64,000 bases of DNA from Alphaproteobacteria bacterium (GTDB taxonomy: Bacteria; Pseudomonadota; Alphaproteobacteria; Methylaequorales; Methylaequoraceae): assembly GCA_045563025.1 (NCBI GenBank), contig JBJKUS010000008.1, positions 72,910 to 136,909 of the forward strand, in the 5' to 3' direction. The notes under the pieces are model-generated. The model ran no database searches. It had not been told where the DNA came from and was given only the letters and a program-made list of their open reading frames with translations. The translations under genes were made by a program, and so were the position numbers. Positions 26,326-36,242 of this stretch are shown in pieces (the stretch's first letter is position 1; every line of letters begins with the position of its first letter).

Positions 26326-26793
26326 ATGGATAAAGAACTTGTATTTTTAGTAGTTCTTGATGATTCTTCTGAGATTATGAATGCATTGAGATATGCTGCA
26401 CAAAGAAGTGCCATAAATAAGGGAAGAGTTGCCCTTTTATATACTTTTGAAACTTTAGAATTTAGTCATTGGAAGGCAGTAGAAGATATTGCTGAAGTAG
26501 AGTCAAGAAAAGAAGCAGAGTCAAAAATTAAAGAGTTTGAGAACTTTGTGTTAAAATTTACGACAAAAAATCCTAAAAAATATATTATGAAGGGAAACAG
26601 AATTGAATGCATTATTAATTTTTTGAATGCCAATAAATTTATAACGAATTTTGTGTTAGCAGCGTCAGCAAAAGAATCAGGATCTGACCATCTTATCAGT
26701 GCATTCACGGGTAAGCAAAGATCAAAAATATCAGTCCCAATGACAATAATTCCTCCAAATCTTAGTGAAGAAGAAATTGACAAATTATCTTGA
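26326..26793 (+). CDS. Universal stress protein (UspA)-like
   Basis: 155 aa. It has a Usp-like N-terminus (LVVLDDSSE..ALRYAA) but weak motifs overall. Confidence 0.45.
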   Translation: MDKELVFLVVLDDSSEIMNALRYAAQRSAINKGRVALLYTFETLEFSHWKAVEDIAEVESRKEAESKIKEFENFVLKFTTKNPKKYIMKGNRIECIINFLNANKFITNFVLAASAKESGSDHLISAFTGKQRSKISVPMTIIPPNLSEEEIDKLS

Positions 26794-26811
26794 ATTAATT
26801 AAGTATTAATT

Positions 26812-27375
26812 ATGTTTATACAAACTGAAGATACCCCTAATCCAAACACGCTTAAATTTATTCCCGGTGAAGTACTACTTGAAAGTGGTACACTAGAATT
26901 TAAGTCAAAAAAAGATGCAGATTCTAATAACCTTGCAAGATTACTTTTTAATGATGATAACGTAGAGTCAGTTTTTATTGGCAAAGATTTTTTGACTATT
27001 ACAAAAAACACAAAAATTGATTGGGATTCTGTAAAGCCAGCACTTTTGTCAAAAATAATGGAATTTTTCTCATCAGGAGAGTCACTTGATATCAAAGAAG
27101 AAGATACCTCATCTGAGAAAATAAAATACAATGAAAAAGACTTAAAGATAGTTGAGCAGATTAAAAAACTTATTGATGAGAGAGTTAAACCCGCAGTAGC
27201 ACAAGACGGTGGCGATATTAGTTTTGTTCGTTTTGAAGAAGGCAAAGTCTTCTTAGAACTTCGAGGAGCATGCTCTGGATGCCCAAGTTCAACAATTACC
27301 TTGAAATCAGGAATCGAAAATATGTTGAAATATTATGTTCCAGAAATTACTTCAGTTGAAGCTGTAAACCAGTAA
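26812..27375 (+). CDS. NifU/Nfu-type Fe-S cluster carrier protein
   Basis: 187 aa with the Nfu N-domain start MFIQTEDTPNPNTLKF and a C-terminal NifU-like CSGCPSS. Confidence 0.85.
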   Translation: MFIQTEDTPNPNTLKFIPGEVLLESGTLEFKSKKDADSNNLARLLFNDDNVESVFIGKDFLTITKNTKIDWDSVKPALLSKIMEFFSSGESLDIKEEDTSSEKIKYNEKDLKIVEQIKKLIDERVKPAVAQDGGDISFVRFEEGKVFLELRGACSGCPSSTITLKSGIENMLKYYVPEITSVEAVNQ

Positions 27376-28326
27376 ATGCAATCAATTTCTACATTTTATA
27401 GAAATCTTATAATCCTTTTAGTTTCTCTTGCGCTATTAAATGTAGCCGTCGGTTTTTATAGTAGTTTCAATAAAAGTAAGCAGTCTAAATCTACTCAGAT
27501 TAATTATACAATTGAGAATATGAAATTTAATGATGAGACTTTGGAAAGTAAAAGTGTTGATTATATAAGCCAGGCTGATGAAATGCTTGAAATCTTTAAA
27601 AAGTATGAATTTTCTGTTGATAGCTTTTTGAATGATGAATCAGCCAATTTAATTATTTTTTCTTCCCTTCCTGACGATTTTATGGAGATAAAGTCAGTTA
27701 ATGAAAGGAAAAAATTATTTATTAACACTCTGTTACCTATTATTTACTCGGAAAATTTAAAGATTCTTGAAGATAGAAAGAAAATTCTAGATTGGTGGAA
27801 TGAATCACAAGGCGAGAACTTTTCCAGAGATTTTTGGCCATCTTGGTTATTCGAGTTAAGTGAAAAGTATGAAACATCTGACTCAAATCTAGGAAATCTC
27901 TTAATGAAAGTTGATGTTATCCCCATATCAATGGCGCTCGCACAAGCTGCCATAGAAAGTGGTTGGGGAACCTCCAGATATCTACGGGAAGGTAATGCCA
28001 TTTATGGTCAATATACGTTTGAAAAAGATAAGGGTATTCGACCAGAGCGTCGTGAAAGTAACGAAAAGTTTTTCATAAAAAAATTTAGTAATTTATCGGA
28101 ATCTACACGATCTTATTTTAAAAATATTAATACCCATCGTGCATATGATGATTTTAGAGAAGAAAGAAAAAAACTTAGAATGAATGGTGTTAAATTATCT
28201 GGAGTCAAATTAGTTAAATTTCTGACAAGTTACTCAGAAAGGCGAGATGAATATGTAAAGGACGTTGAAAATATTATTCAGTCTAATAACTTTATGAAAT
28301 TTGATAACAGTTATCTCGCGAATTAA
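27376..28326 (+). CDS. Glucosaminidase-domain protein (Bax/FlgJ-like peptidoglycan hydrolase)
   Basis: 316 aa with an N-terminal TM and AQAAIESGWGTSRYLREGNAIYG. Confidence 0.65.
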   Translation: MQSISTFYRNLIILLVSLALLNVAVGFYSSFNKSKQSKSTQINYTIENMKFNDETLESKSVDYISQADEMLEIFKKYEFSVDSFLNDESANLIIFSSLPDDFMEIKSVNERKKLFINTLLPIIYSENLKILEDRKKILDWWNESQGENFSRDFWPSWLFELSEKYETSDSNLGNLLMKVDVIPISMALAQAAIESGWGTSRYLREGNAIYGQYTFEKDKGIRPERRESNEKFFIKKFSNLSESTRSYFKNINTHRAYDDFREERKKLRMNGVKLSGVKLVKFLTSYSERRDEYVKDVENIIQSNNFMKFDNSYLAN

Positions 28327-28334
28327 TATTACCT

Positions 28335-29339
28335 TTAGAAGTAAAATTTATTTTTATGTTTAATTATCATTGTCCCAAACCAATAGACATCACTATTTTT
28401 TAAAAGGGTACAATTTAACCTATATCTTTGATTCTTTGACGCATTTGATACTTTGACAACCAAAACATTATCGTTTATAGATTTTTCAAGATTTCCGCTG
28501 TTTATAAAACAATTAATTTTATTTAAATTAAATTCCGTTTTCAGATTAAGTTGGAAAGAATTATTTTTTTCATCATTTATAATTTCTACAAATGAAATAT
28601 TCATTGGTCTAGTATTTATAATTTGAGAGAATCTTTCGAGAGAACCATATTTATCGTTTATTGAGAATCTAGGTAAATTATATTTGTTCTCTTTAAAGTG
28701 AAGAGGGGAAGAATGTTGTGAGAATGCTATTTTATAACCAAGACCCTTTACTATATCTCTTACAAAAGTGTTTGATTCACCATAGGGATATGAAATTATT
28801 TTATGAGATTTTCCAAGGTTTTTCTCAATCTTTTTCTTAGCTGTTTCTATATCTTTTATTAAATCAGTTGATGGATATTCTATAAAACTTTTGTGTTTGT
28901 CTGAGTGATTGTATATTTCTCCTTTGTTTTTTTTTAATTCATCTAACATTTTCCAATCCATAAAATCACTGGTTCTATTTTTATTGACAAAGCCAGTAGA
29001 TAAAAAAACACTAAAGGGAAAATTATAATTTTTTAATAATGGAAATGCGTTTTCATAGAAACTTTTGAAAGCATCATCAATGGTTATAAAAACAGACTTT
29101 GGAGGTAAGTCATAACCATCGTAAAAGAAGTCAATAAGTCTAGAAACTGGAAGGACGTTATAATTATTTTTTTTTAAATACTGTAATTGTTCATTAAAGT
29201 TTTGTGAAGAAATACTTGTTGATGGATGTTTTTGTTCATCAAAACGATGATAAACAAGAACAATCCCTGAGCCTTGTTTACTAAAAAGACTTTCAGGAGA
29301 AAAAGTTAGGAAGATTAAGATGATTCTAAGAAATATCAT
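28335..29339 (-). CDS. Polysaccharide deacetylase (NodB-homology) family protein
   Basis: 334 aa with a signal peptide, VFITIDDAF and ISYPYGE motifs, and an extra C-terminal domain. Confidence 0.6.
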   Translation of the reverse strand: MIFLRIILIFLTFSPESLFSKQGSGIVLVYHRFDEQKHPSTSISSQNFNEQLQYLKKNNYNVLPVSRLIDFFYDGYDLPPKSVFITIDDAFKSFYENAFPLLKNYNFPFSVFLSTGFVNKNRTSDFMDWKMLDELKKNKGEIYNHSDKHKSFIEYPSTDLIKDIETAKKKIEKNLGKSHKIISYPYGESNTFVRDIVKGLGYKIAFSQHSSPLHFKENKYNLPRFSINDKYGSLERFSQIINTRPMNISFVEIINDEKNNSFQLNLKTEFNLNKINCFINSGNLEKSINDNVLVVKVSNASKNQRYRLNCTLLKNSDVYWFGTMIIKHKNKFYF

Positions 29340-29910
29340 CTATGACTGGAAATTGTTTGGAATTAAAAAGTTGATAATGCCACCATTCATTTCTGTAAAA
29401 ATCCCAACCTGAATCTGTCATTATACCAAGTAATATTAATCTGTTCCTAAATGACTCTTTAGATATTTCAGTATTGCCGTGATAAGATAATCTAGAGAAT
29501 TCATCAAATTCTGTTCCCATATCTACATCCTCCCCCTCGAAAGTTAATGTAAGATCAACAGCCACGCCTCTGGAATGCGGCGAACCTTTTTCTGGAGGAG
29601 ATATAAAGTTAGGATCAGGCAAGATACTCCAAAGTTTATTTTGAACATATACTGGTCTGTAAGCATCGAAGATTTTTAGTTTAAAACCAAGCTTTCTTGA
29701 TATTTCTGATGCTCGACATAAATTTTCATAAGCATTTTTATGAATAAAGCATTCATTAGAACGAAAAATCTTTTCTTTAGCAAAATTATTTTTTGTGGCG
29801 TATCTCAAGTCGATGATGACATCCATATCTTTTTGATTTACATTTACCAAATTATTTTTCATTTTAAAGAATATGTTATCACTGTCATTATTTTGTTCAA
29901 GCCAAACCAT
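29326..29910 (-). CDS. ddpX: D-alanyl-D-alanine dipeptidase (VanX/DdpX, peptidase M15D)
   Basis: Motifs DLRYATKNNF, SPHSRGVAVDLTL and EWWHY. An alternative start at 29862 (M17) would remove the 38-nt head-to-head overlap with tsaB. Confidence 0.75.
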   Translation of the reverse strand: MVWLEQNNDSDNIFFKMKNNLVNVNQKDMDVIIDLRYATKNNFAKEKIFRSNECFIHKNAYENLCRASEISRKLGFKLKIFDAYRPVYVQNKLWSILPDPNFISPPEKGSPHSRGVAVDLTLTFEGEDVDMGTEFDEFSRLSYHGNTEISKESFRNRLILLGIMTDSGWDFYRNEWWHYQLFNSKQFPVIDDIS

Positions 29911-30502
29911 ATCAGTTGCAATTTTTGAAAAACAGAAATTGAAACATATTTTTAAAAAGAATTTTCTTGATAATAGAACTGAAGGTATATTTGAAATTTT
30001 AAAAGAATGTTCATATAACTATGACTTAAAAGCACTTTCATATATTTATCTCTGTAATGGTCCGGGAAGTTTTACGGCTTTAAGGTCCTTAAAAGCAATT
30101 GCTCAAGCATTATCTATTTCGTCAGGAGCTAAAATTGTTTTTGGTACTTCATTTGCGCCTTTTTTTCCAATGATAAATAAAGAAGAAAAAACTTTAGTTT
30201 GTTTTGAAGGTACCAAGAAAACTTTATTTTTTCAGCTTTTTGAAAAAAGAAAAACAATGTTTTTTCCTTTTGAAGACTTAAAGTTTGGGAAGGAAGAACA
30301 TTTTAAAAAGTATTACAAAGAAAAAAAAGAAGTTAATAAAAACTTAGCCTTAATTACTTCATATAGATTTAAGAAGATAAAAATTAATGAACCTAAGGTT
30401 TACTATAAAGAAATTGATGCCTCTATGTTGGCAAAAGCAATTTTTTTGGGATACGGAATTAAGGATGATAAAATTTTTTACCACAACACGTATTATGAGT
30501 AA
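29873..30502 (+). CDS. tsaB: tRNA t6A37 biosynthesis protein TsaB (YeaZ)
   Basis: 209 aa. NGPGSFTALRS is the GPGSFTGLR-type motif. It is followed by rimI, as in many bacteria. Confidence 0.7.
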   Translation: MLSLSLFCSSQTISVAIFEKQKLKHIFKKNFLDNRTEGIFEILKECSYNYDLKALSYIYLCNGPGSFTALRSLKAIAQALSISSGAKIVFGTSFAPFFPMINKEEKTLVCFEGTKKTLFFQLFEKRKTMFFPFEDLKFGKEEHFKKYYKEKKEVNKNLALITSYRFKKIKINEPKVYYKEIDASMLAKAIFLGYGIKDDKIFYHNTYYE

Positions 30503-30947
30503 GGTCAAATATTTTGAACTTAATGATTCATTTATTGATGAACTTGTTTGTTTTCAAAATGAATTCAGTAAGGATTTAAATGAAAATATATCAAATCATT
30601 TTACTTTAAAAAAAAGTCAGATTTTCACTTTAATTGCCTGCTCGAGAAAATCGATTATAGGTTTTTTAATTGCTCAAAGAATCATTGATAGTTTTGAGAT
30701 TAATTCTTTTTTTATCTCCCCATCTTTCAGGGGTATGGGTGTTGGTGAAAAATTACTCGGAAATTTTATAAAAAATAGCTGTGAGAAGAAAATTACATCA
30801 ATTTACCTGGAGGTTATGAAGTCGAATAAAATAGCAATCAAACTTTATTCAAAATTCAAATTCCTGATCTACGGATCAAGAAAAGATTATTATGAAATTA
30901 ACGGTTTAAAATATGATGCTATTTTAATGAAGCTTATTCTTAATTAA
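30495..30947 (+). CDS. rimI: Ribosomal-protein-alanine N-acetyltransferase (GNAT)
   Basis: GNAT motif SPSFRGMGVGEKLL. I moved the start to the ATG at 30495 (MSKVKYF), which overlaps the tsaB stop by 8 nt. Confidence 0.65.
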   Translation: MSKVKYFELNDSFIDELVCFQNEFSKDLNENISNHFTLKKSQIFTLIACSRKSIIGFLIAQRIIDSFEINSFFISPSFRGMGVGEKLLGNFIKNSCEKKITSIYLEVMKSNKIAIKLYSKFKFLIYGSRKDYYEINGLKYDAILMKLILN

Positions 30948-31152
30948 TTGCCAGCTGAAAAATATTTTTTGTTTTTGGTTTTGTCTTTACTTTAAAGTTT
31001 TTTTCTAAACTTTCTTTGAGCATTAGAAAATCCTTTTTTCCCTTGATAAGGATAATTTTTTCAAACCCTTGATTTTCTTGAATAAAAATTTTGACTTTGA
31101 GAAATGTCATTGGGCATTTTTCTTTTGTTACATCTAAAATTTTTTTTTTCAT
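30940..31152 (-). CDS. TusA/SirA-like small sulfur-carrier family protein
   Basis: 70 aa. LDVTKEKCPMTFLKVK resembles the LDxxGxxCPxP TusA motif, but the second Pro is replaced. Confidence 0.45.
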   Translation of the reverse strand: MKKKILDVTKEKCPMTFLKVKIFIQENQGFEKIILIKGKKDFLMLKESLEKNFKVKTKPKTKNIFQLAIN

Positions 31153-31251
31153 TTATTGTACACTATGTTATATTTAATAAGATTTAAGAATAAACACTTA
31201 TATAACATAATGTGTAATAAAAACTTAACAAAACCTTAATAATTTAAAAAA

Positions 31252-31665
31252 ATGAGTTCAATATTAGACAAATGTAACAAGCTGGGATTGAAAATGACTG
31301 AACAAAGGAGAGTTATAGTCCAAGTCCTTTCGGAATCTAAAGATCACCCAGATGTCGAATTAGTTTATAAAAGGGCCTCTAGTATTGATAAAAATATTGG
31401 CATAGCAACTGTTTACAGAACCATTAAACTTTTTGAAGAGAATCATATTATTGAAAAACACGAATTTAAGGACGGAAGGTTTAGGTATGAAGAGGTTCCT
31501 GAAGAACATCACGATCATTTAATAGATATTAAAAGTGGGAAAGTTATTGAATTTCAAAATGATGAAATTGAGGAATTACAGAAGAAAGTTGCTAAAAAAC
31601 TTGGTTACAAATTAGTTGATCATAGGTTAGAGCTATATGGCATTCCAATTAAAAGCAAAGAATAA
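31252..31665 (+). CDS. fur: Fur-family metalloregulator
   Basis: 137 aa with the winged-helix motif ATVYRTIKLFEE and the HHDHLID metal site. Confidence 0.8.
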   Translation: MSSILDKCNKLGLKMTEQRRVIVQVLSESKDHPDVELVYKRASSIDKNIGIATVYRTIKLFEENHIIEKHEFKDGRFRYEEVPEEHHDHLIDIKSGKVIEFQNDEIEELQKKVAKKLGYKLVDHRLELYGIPIKSKE

Positions 31666-32566
31666 AAAGTTAAATCACGGGTTGAGCAAAAATAAACCTA
31701 ATAAATTTAGGTCAATTTTTACAAAAGTTAAGGTGGTTGCAAAAAATGTTATTTATGTAAAAGGGTGGTCAAAAAGTTTAGTTAGAAATGAAACAATTAA
31801 CTTTTTAAGTAATAAAAATAGAAATAATATTGAATTTTCATTTAGCAATTTCATTGTTAAAACGGTGAAAGAACCAGATCCGATTGTTTCTAAATCAAAG
31901 GAATTGAGATATAAAAGTTTTTTTAAGGATAATAAAAATCAAACTAAAGATTCTGATAAATTTGACGACTATTGCGATCACTTAGTTGTAATTGATAAAT
32001 CGATCTCAGATGATTATGTGGTCGGTTCATACAGACTTTTACTAAAACCAAAAAACAAAAGGAGGATATCTTTTTATAGTGAATCTGAATTTAACATAGA
32101 CAAATTATTTAAAAACCAAAACCTTTCTCTTATGGAGGCTGGTCGTTCTTGTGTTCATAAAGATTATAGAGACGGAAGAATAATTAAACTTTTGTGGAGA
32201 GGGTTGGCATCCTACATACTTATCAATAAAGTTGATTTGATTTTTGGGTGCGCCAGTTTTCCCTCCTCTAATTCTCAATTATTTGCAAAGGAATTATCTT
32301 ATTTAAATTCGAATCACAGGCCACCTAAAAATTTTTCATGTCATCCAATTGCGAGACTTAGGGCTAGTTATAAAAAGTACAAGGGAAATGAATATGATGA
32401 TAAAGAAATTTTTAGATCCCTACCTCCTTTGATCAAAGCTTACATAAGAGCTGGAGCTTGGATTGGAGAAGGTGCTGTCTGCGATTATGTTTTTAATACA
32501 ACCGATGTATTGGTTGTATTAAATTCAAGAAATATCATAAAAAAATACTCCAATCTTTCGATCTAA
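31637..32566 (+). CDS. olsB: GNAT-type N-acyltransferase, OlsB-like, copy 2
   Basis: 309 aa. It is a paralog of 1303-2253 (DHLVVIDKSISDDYVVGSYRLLL, EAGRSCVHKDYRDGRIIKLLWRGL). Its start lies 29 nt inside the fur 3' end. Confidence 0.7.
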   Translation: MAFQLKAKNKKLNHGLSKNKPNKFRSIFTKVKVVAKNVIYVKGWSKSLVRNETINFLSNKNRNNIEFSFSNFIVKTVKEPDPIVSKSKELRYKSFFKDNKNQTKDSDKFDDYCDHLVVIDKSISDDYVVGSYRLLLKPKNKRRISFYSESEFNIDKLFKNQNLSLMEAGRSCVHKDYRDGRIIKLLWRGLASYILINKVDLIFGCASFPSSNSQLFAKELSYLNSNHRPPKNFSCHPIARLRASYKKYKGNEYDDKEIFRSLPPLIKAYIRAGAWIGEGAVCDYVFNTTDVLVVLNSRNIIKKYSNLSI

Positions 32567-32572
32567 ATTTTA

Positions 32573-33388
32573 ATGTTATATTCACCATTACTTTCAACTT
32601 TGCGAATTTTACCAGTAATTTTTTGGGTGATGTTTTGCTTGCCACTTCATATGTTAAGTTCTTATTTTTTTAAAAACGATTTTTTATTTTATAATATTCT
32701 TTTTAAAGGATTAGTTAAATTGTTTGGAATAAAAGTAAAAGTTTCAGGAAAAATTGAAAAAAAGAACGTTTTATTTGTTTCAAATCATATTTCATATCTA
32801 GATATTTTTATTTTAGGCTCTTCTACAAAAGCAATCTTTGTAGCCAAATCTGAAATCAAATCTTGGCCCATTATCAATAAGATAGCTGCTATTGGGAAAA
32901 CCATATTTGTCGAAAGATCAAGGGCTATGACAATTAAAGATCAGGTTGAAGTATTGTCAAATGCTCTAAAAAACGGGAAAAACTTAATTCTTTTTCCGGA
33001 GGGGACATCCAGTGATGGCTCGAAAGTTTTGCCATTTAAAAGTTCTTTATTTGGTTTAAGTGACCTGTATTCAAATAGAAAATTTAAAATTCAACCAATT
33101 TCCATAACATACAGTAAAATAGATGGAGTCCCAGTTGAGAGAAAATTTCGACCTTTCTTCGCGTGGTTTGGAAATATGGATTTAATTACTCACGCATGGC
33201 AATTTTTAGGCTTGGGATTATGTGAGGTAAATGTGCATTATCATAAATCAGTACCGCTAAATTTTTTTAACAGTAGAAAAGAAGCATCACAGTATTGCTT
33301 TAATGTTATTTCTGAACAAGTTGGTGTAAACTTCAAAAATACCGAATGCCAGGAGAAAATTAAACTTTATGAATTTAAGCTCTTGTAA
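32573..33388 (+). CDS. olsA: PlsC/LPLAT-family acyltransferase, OlsA-like, copy 2
   Basis: 271 aa with NHISYLD and FPEGTSSDG. It is a paralog of 485-1303. Confidence 0.7.
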   Translation: MLYSPLLSTLRILPVIFWVMFCLPLHMLSSYFFKNDFLFYNILFKGLVKLFGIKVKVSGKIEKKNVLFVSNHISYLDIFILGSSTKAIFVAKSEIKSWPIINKIAAIGKTIFVERSRAMTIKDQVEVLSNALKNGKNLILFPEGTSSDGSKVLPFKSSLFGLSDLYSNRKFKIQPISITYSKIDGVPVERKFRPFFAWFGNMDLITHAWQFLGLGLCEVNVHYHKSVPLNFFNSRKEASQYCFNVISEQVGVNFKNTECQEKIKLYEFKLL

Positions 33389-33417
33389 TAAACTAAATAA
33401 TATTTAATTTTTATCTA

Positions 33418-34737
33418 ATGCAAGAAACTTTTTTTATAAAAACATATGGTTGTCAAATGAACAACTATGATTCTGAAAAAGTAAATGATCTTTTATTGTT
33501 TAACGGGTTTAGCAAAGCAGAAGATATTGAGAAAACTGATATAGCTATTTTAAATACTTGTCATATAAGGGAAAGGGCAAGTGAAAAGCTATATTCTGAT
33601 TTAGGTAGGCTTTCTGTTTTTAAAAAGAATAAGAAGAAAATAGGTAAAAATTTCAGTATTGTTGTTATGGGTTGCGTTGCCCAGGCTGAAGGAGATGAAA
33701 TCCTAAAAAGAAATAAATCAGTTGATTATGTTGTTGGCCCTCAGAATATTCAAATAATCCCAAAACTTCTTAAAAAAAAAAATTTTAAAAAAACACACAT
33801 AGATTTTTTAAGTGAAGAAAAATTTCAATCTCTTACATCTTCAAACGAAAATAAAGTTTCAAGACTGATAACCATACAAGAGGGTTGTGATAAATTTTGC
33901 TCTTTTTGTGTGGTGCCATACACAAGAGGGGCTGAGTTTTCTAGACCGGTCGAGGATATATTTGCGGAAGTTAATAATGCAGAAAAAAATGGATGTCTGG
34001 AGGTAACACTCCTTGGACAAAATGTTAGTTCTTACCAGTCTTCAGCTTTTGGAGAAAAAAAAATTAGGTTAGGTAAATTATGTTCGATTATTTCAAGAAT
34101 ACGGAATTTAAAGAGAATTAGATATGTTACATCCCATCCCAACGATATTGACGATGAACTGATCAATGAACATAAATTTAATGAAAAAATGATGCCTTTT
34201 CTACACTTACCTATTCAATCAGGATCAGATAAAACTTTACAAAGAATGAATAGAAAGCACACAAGAAAAGAGTACATCCAACTAATAAAAAGAATCAAAA
34301 ATAATGTTCCTGATATGGCATTTTCATCTGATTTCATAGTGGGTTATCCTGGTGAATCTGATTACGATTTTCAAGAAACTTTAGAACTAATTAAAGAGGT
34401 AAAATTTGCAAGTTCTTACTCATTCTGTTATTCGGCGAGACCAGGGACACCAGCTGCAACTCAGGATGAAATTATACCTGATGAAATTAAAAAAAATAGA
34501 CTAAAGCATCTTCAGAAAATTCTTCTAAAACAGCAAGATGAATTCAATAAATCATTTTTAGATAAAAAAGTAGAAATTTTAGTAACTGCTAAAGGAAAAA
34601 TTGAAAATCAGTATGTGGGCAGAACGCCTCACTTACAACCTGTCCATATAATGTCCTCGAGTGATCTGGTTGGAAAAATATTGAACATTAAGATTGAAAG
34701 ATTGACCTCTTTCTCATTTCATGGGAAAATTTTATGA
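33418..34737 (+). CDS. miaB: tRNA-2-methylthio-N6-dimethylallyladenosine synthase MiaB
   Basis: 439 aa with the UPF0004 motif TYGCQMN, the radical-SAM motif CDKFCSFC and a TRAM C-terminus. Confidence 0.9.
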   Translation: MQETFFIKTYGCQMNNYDSEKVNDLLLFNGFSKAEDIEKTDIAILNTCHIRERASEKLYSDLGRLSVFKKNKKKIGKNFSIVVMGCVAQAEGDEILKRNKSVDYVVGPQNIQIIPKLLKKKNFKKTHIDFLSEEKFQSLTSSNENKVSRLITIQEGCDKFCSFCVVPYTRGAEFSRPVEDIFAEVNNAEKNGCLEVTLLGQNVSSYQSSAFGEKKIRLGKLCSIISRIRNLKRIRYVTSHPNDIDDELINEHKFNEKMMPFLHLPIQSGSDKTLQRMNRKHTRKEYIQLIKRIKNNVPDMAFSSDFIVGYPGESDYDFQETLELIKEVKFASSYSFCYSARPGTPAATQDEIIPDEIKKNRLKHLQKILLKQQDEFNKSFLDKKVEILVTAKGKIENQYVGRTPHLQPVHIMSSSDLVGKILNIKIERLTSFSFHGKIL

Positions 34738-35785
34738 AATTAGTATTTTGAAGAAAAAGAGTATAAAAAAATCAGATCTGTTCTCAAATATTTTATCATT
34801 TGAAGATAACTTAGTTCTTCCTACAATTTTTGGAGATCAAGATAAAAATTTAAGAATAATTGAAAAAGAATTTAGTGTATCAATAACTCCGAGAGGAAAT
34901 TTTTTAAAAATTTCTGGTGGCAAAGAAAATGTTGATCTTACAAAGGTAACACTTGAAAGGATTTATGAAGAGGTTTCAAGAAATAGGATAATTAATTCTG
35001 GCGAAATTAATGGAATAATAAACATTATGAAATCAACCGATTTGAGTAAATCACACAATGATATGGATAAAGTAGATTCAGTAAGCGTTACAGCTGGAAA
35101 AAAACTGATTAAACCTAGGTCAAAAAAACAAATTCAGTACTTCAATTTAGTTAAAAAAAAACAGATGGTATTTTGTTGTGGGCCTGCAGGGACAGGAAAA
35201 ACTTATCTAGCAGTTGCATTTGCTGTCTCTATGCTTAAATCAGGAACTGTTGATAAAATAATACTTACAAGGCCAGCAGTTGAAGCCGGAGAGCGACTTG
35301 GCTTTTTGCCTGGAGATCTAAAAGAAAAAATTGATCCATATTTAAGACCCATTTATGACGCATTGAATGATATGCTATCTTTTTCAGAGGTAATGAAGAA
35401 AATAGAAATGGGCTTTATTGAAATCGCACCTTTAGCATTTATGAGAGGAAGAACACTTTCGAATGCATTTATAATTTTGGATGAATCTCAGAATACAACA
35501 TCAGTTCAAATGAAAATGTTCTTAACAAGATTAGGAGAGAATTCAAAAATGATTATAAACGGCGACTTATCTCAGGTTGACTTGCCATCTGGAACAAAAT
35601 CTGGTTTAAGGGAATCAATAGAAATTTTGCATAAGTTAGATGATATTGGCTTTATAGAATTTGATAATAAGGACGTTGTAAGAAACCCCTTAGTTTCAAA
35701 AATAGTTAATAAATATGAGAAATTTGAAAAGGACCAAGGAATTGGGAAAGAATATATTTTAAACCCAAAAAGGAACGATGATTGA
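34721..35785 (+). CDS. ybeZ: PhoH-like ATPase (YbeZ)
   Basis: 354 aa with Walker A GPAGTGKTYLA and ILDESQN. Confidence 0.85.
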   Translation: MGKFYEISILKKKSIKKSDLFSNILSFEDNLVLPTIFGDQDKNLRIIEKEFSVSITPRGNFLKISGGKENVDLTKVTLERIYEEVSRNRIINSGEINGIINIMKSTDLSKSHNDMDKVDSVSVTAGKKLIKPRSKKQIQYFNLVKKKQMVFCCGPAGTGKTYLAVAFAVSMLKSGTVDKIILTRPAVEAGERLGFLPGDLKEKIDPYLRPIYDALNDMLSFSEVMKKIEMGFIEIAPLAFMRGRTLSNAFIILDESQNTTSVQMKMFLTRLGENSKMIINGDLSQVDLPSGTKSGLRESIEILHKLDDIGFIEFDNKDVVRNPLVSKIVNKYEKFEKDQGIGKEYILNPKRNDD

Positions 35786-36239
35786 TCTTTTTTTTGAAAA
35801 CATCCAAGGATTTAAAAAAGCTGAAATTACCGATGTGATTAAAAAATCGGTAAAAACGGGAATAGACGAAATTAATCTTAAAAAAAAATATTATTTATCA
35901 ATCTTTATTACAGATAACATAAAAATGAAGAATCTAAATTCTAGATACAGGAAAAAAAATAAAACAACTAATGTTCTTTCTTTTCCTCAAAATGAAACTA
36001 ACATAACAAAAGAATCCTCAAAAATTTTAGTCCTTGGAGATATTGTTGTATCTCTCGAAAAAGTTTATGAGGAATCAGTTGAGCTAGAAAAAGAATTTTA
36101 TAACCACTTGTCTCATTTGATTGTTCATAGCCTTCTCCACCTTTTTGGTTTTGATCATAAGAGTGAGAAAAAGTTTAAAATTATGAGAGAAAAAGAAATT
36201 TCTATTCTCTCAAAAATGAATATATCCTCTCCTTACTAG
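35778..36239 (+). CDS. ybeY: rRNA maturation endoribonuclease YbeY
   Basis: 153 aa with the HSLLHLFGFDH zinc motif. Confidence 0.9.
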   Translation: MIDLFFENIQGFKKAEITDVIKKSVKTGIDEINLKKKYYLSIFITDNIKMKNLNSRYRKKNKTTNVLSFPQNETNITKESSKILVLGDIVVSLEKVYEESVELEKEFYNHLSHLIVHSLLHLFGFDHKSEKKFKIMREKEISILSKMNISSPY

Positions 36240-36242
36240 AAA

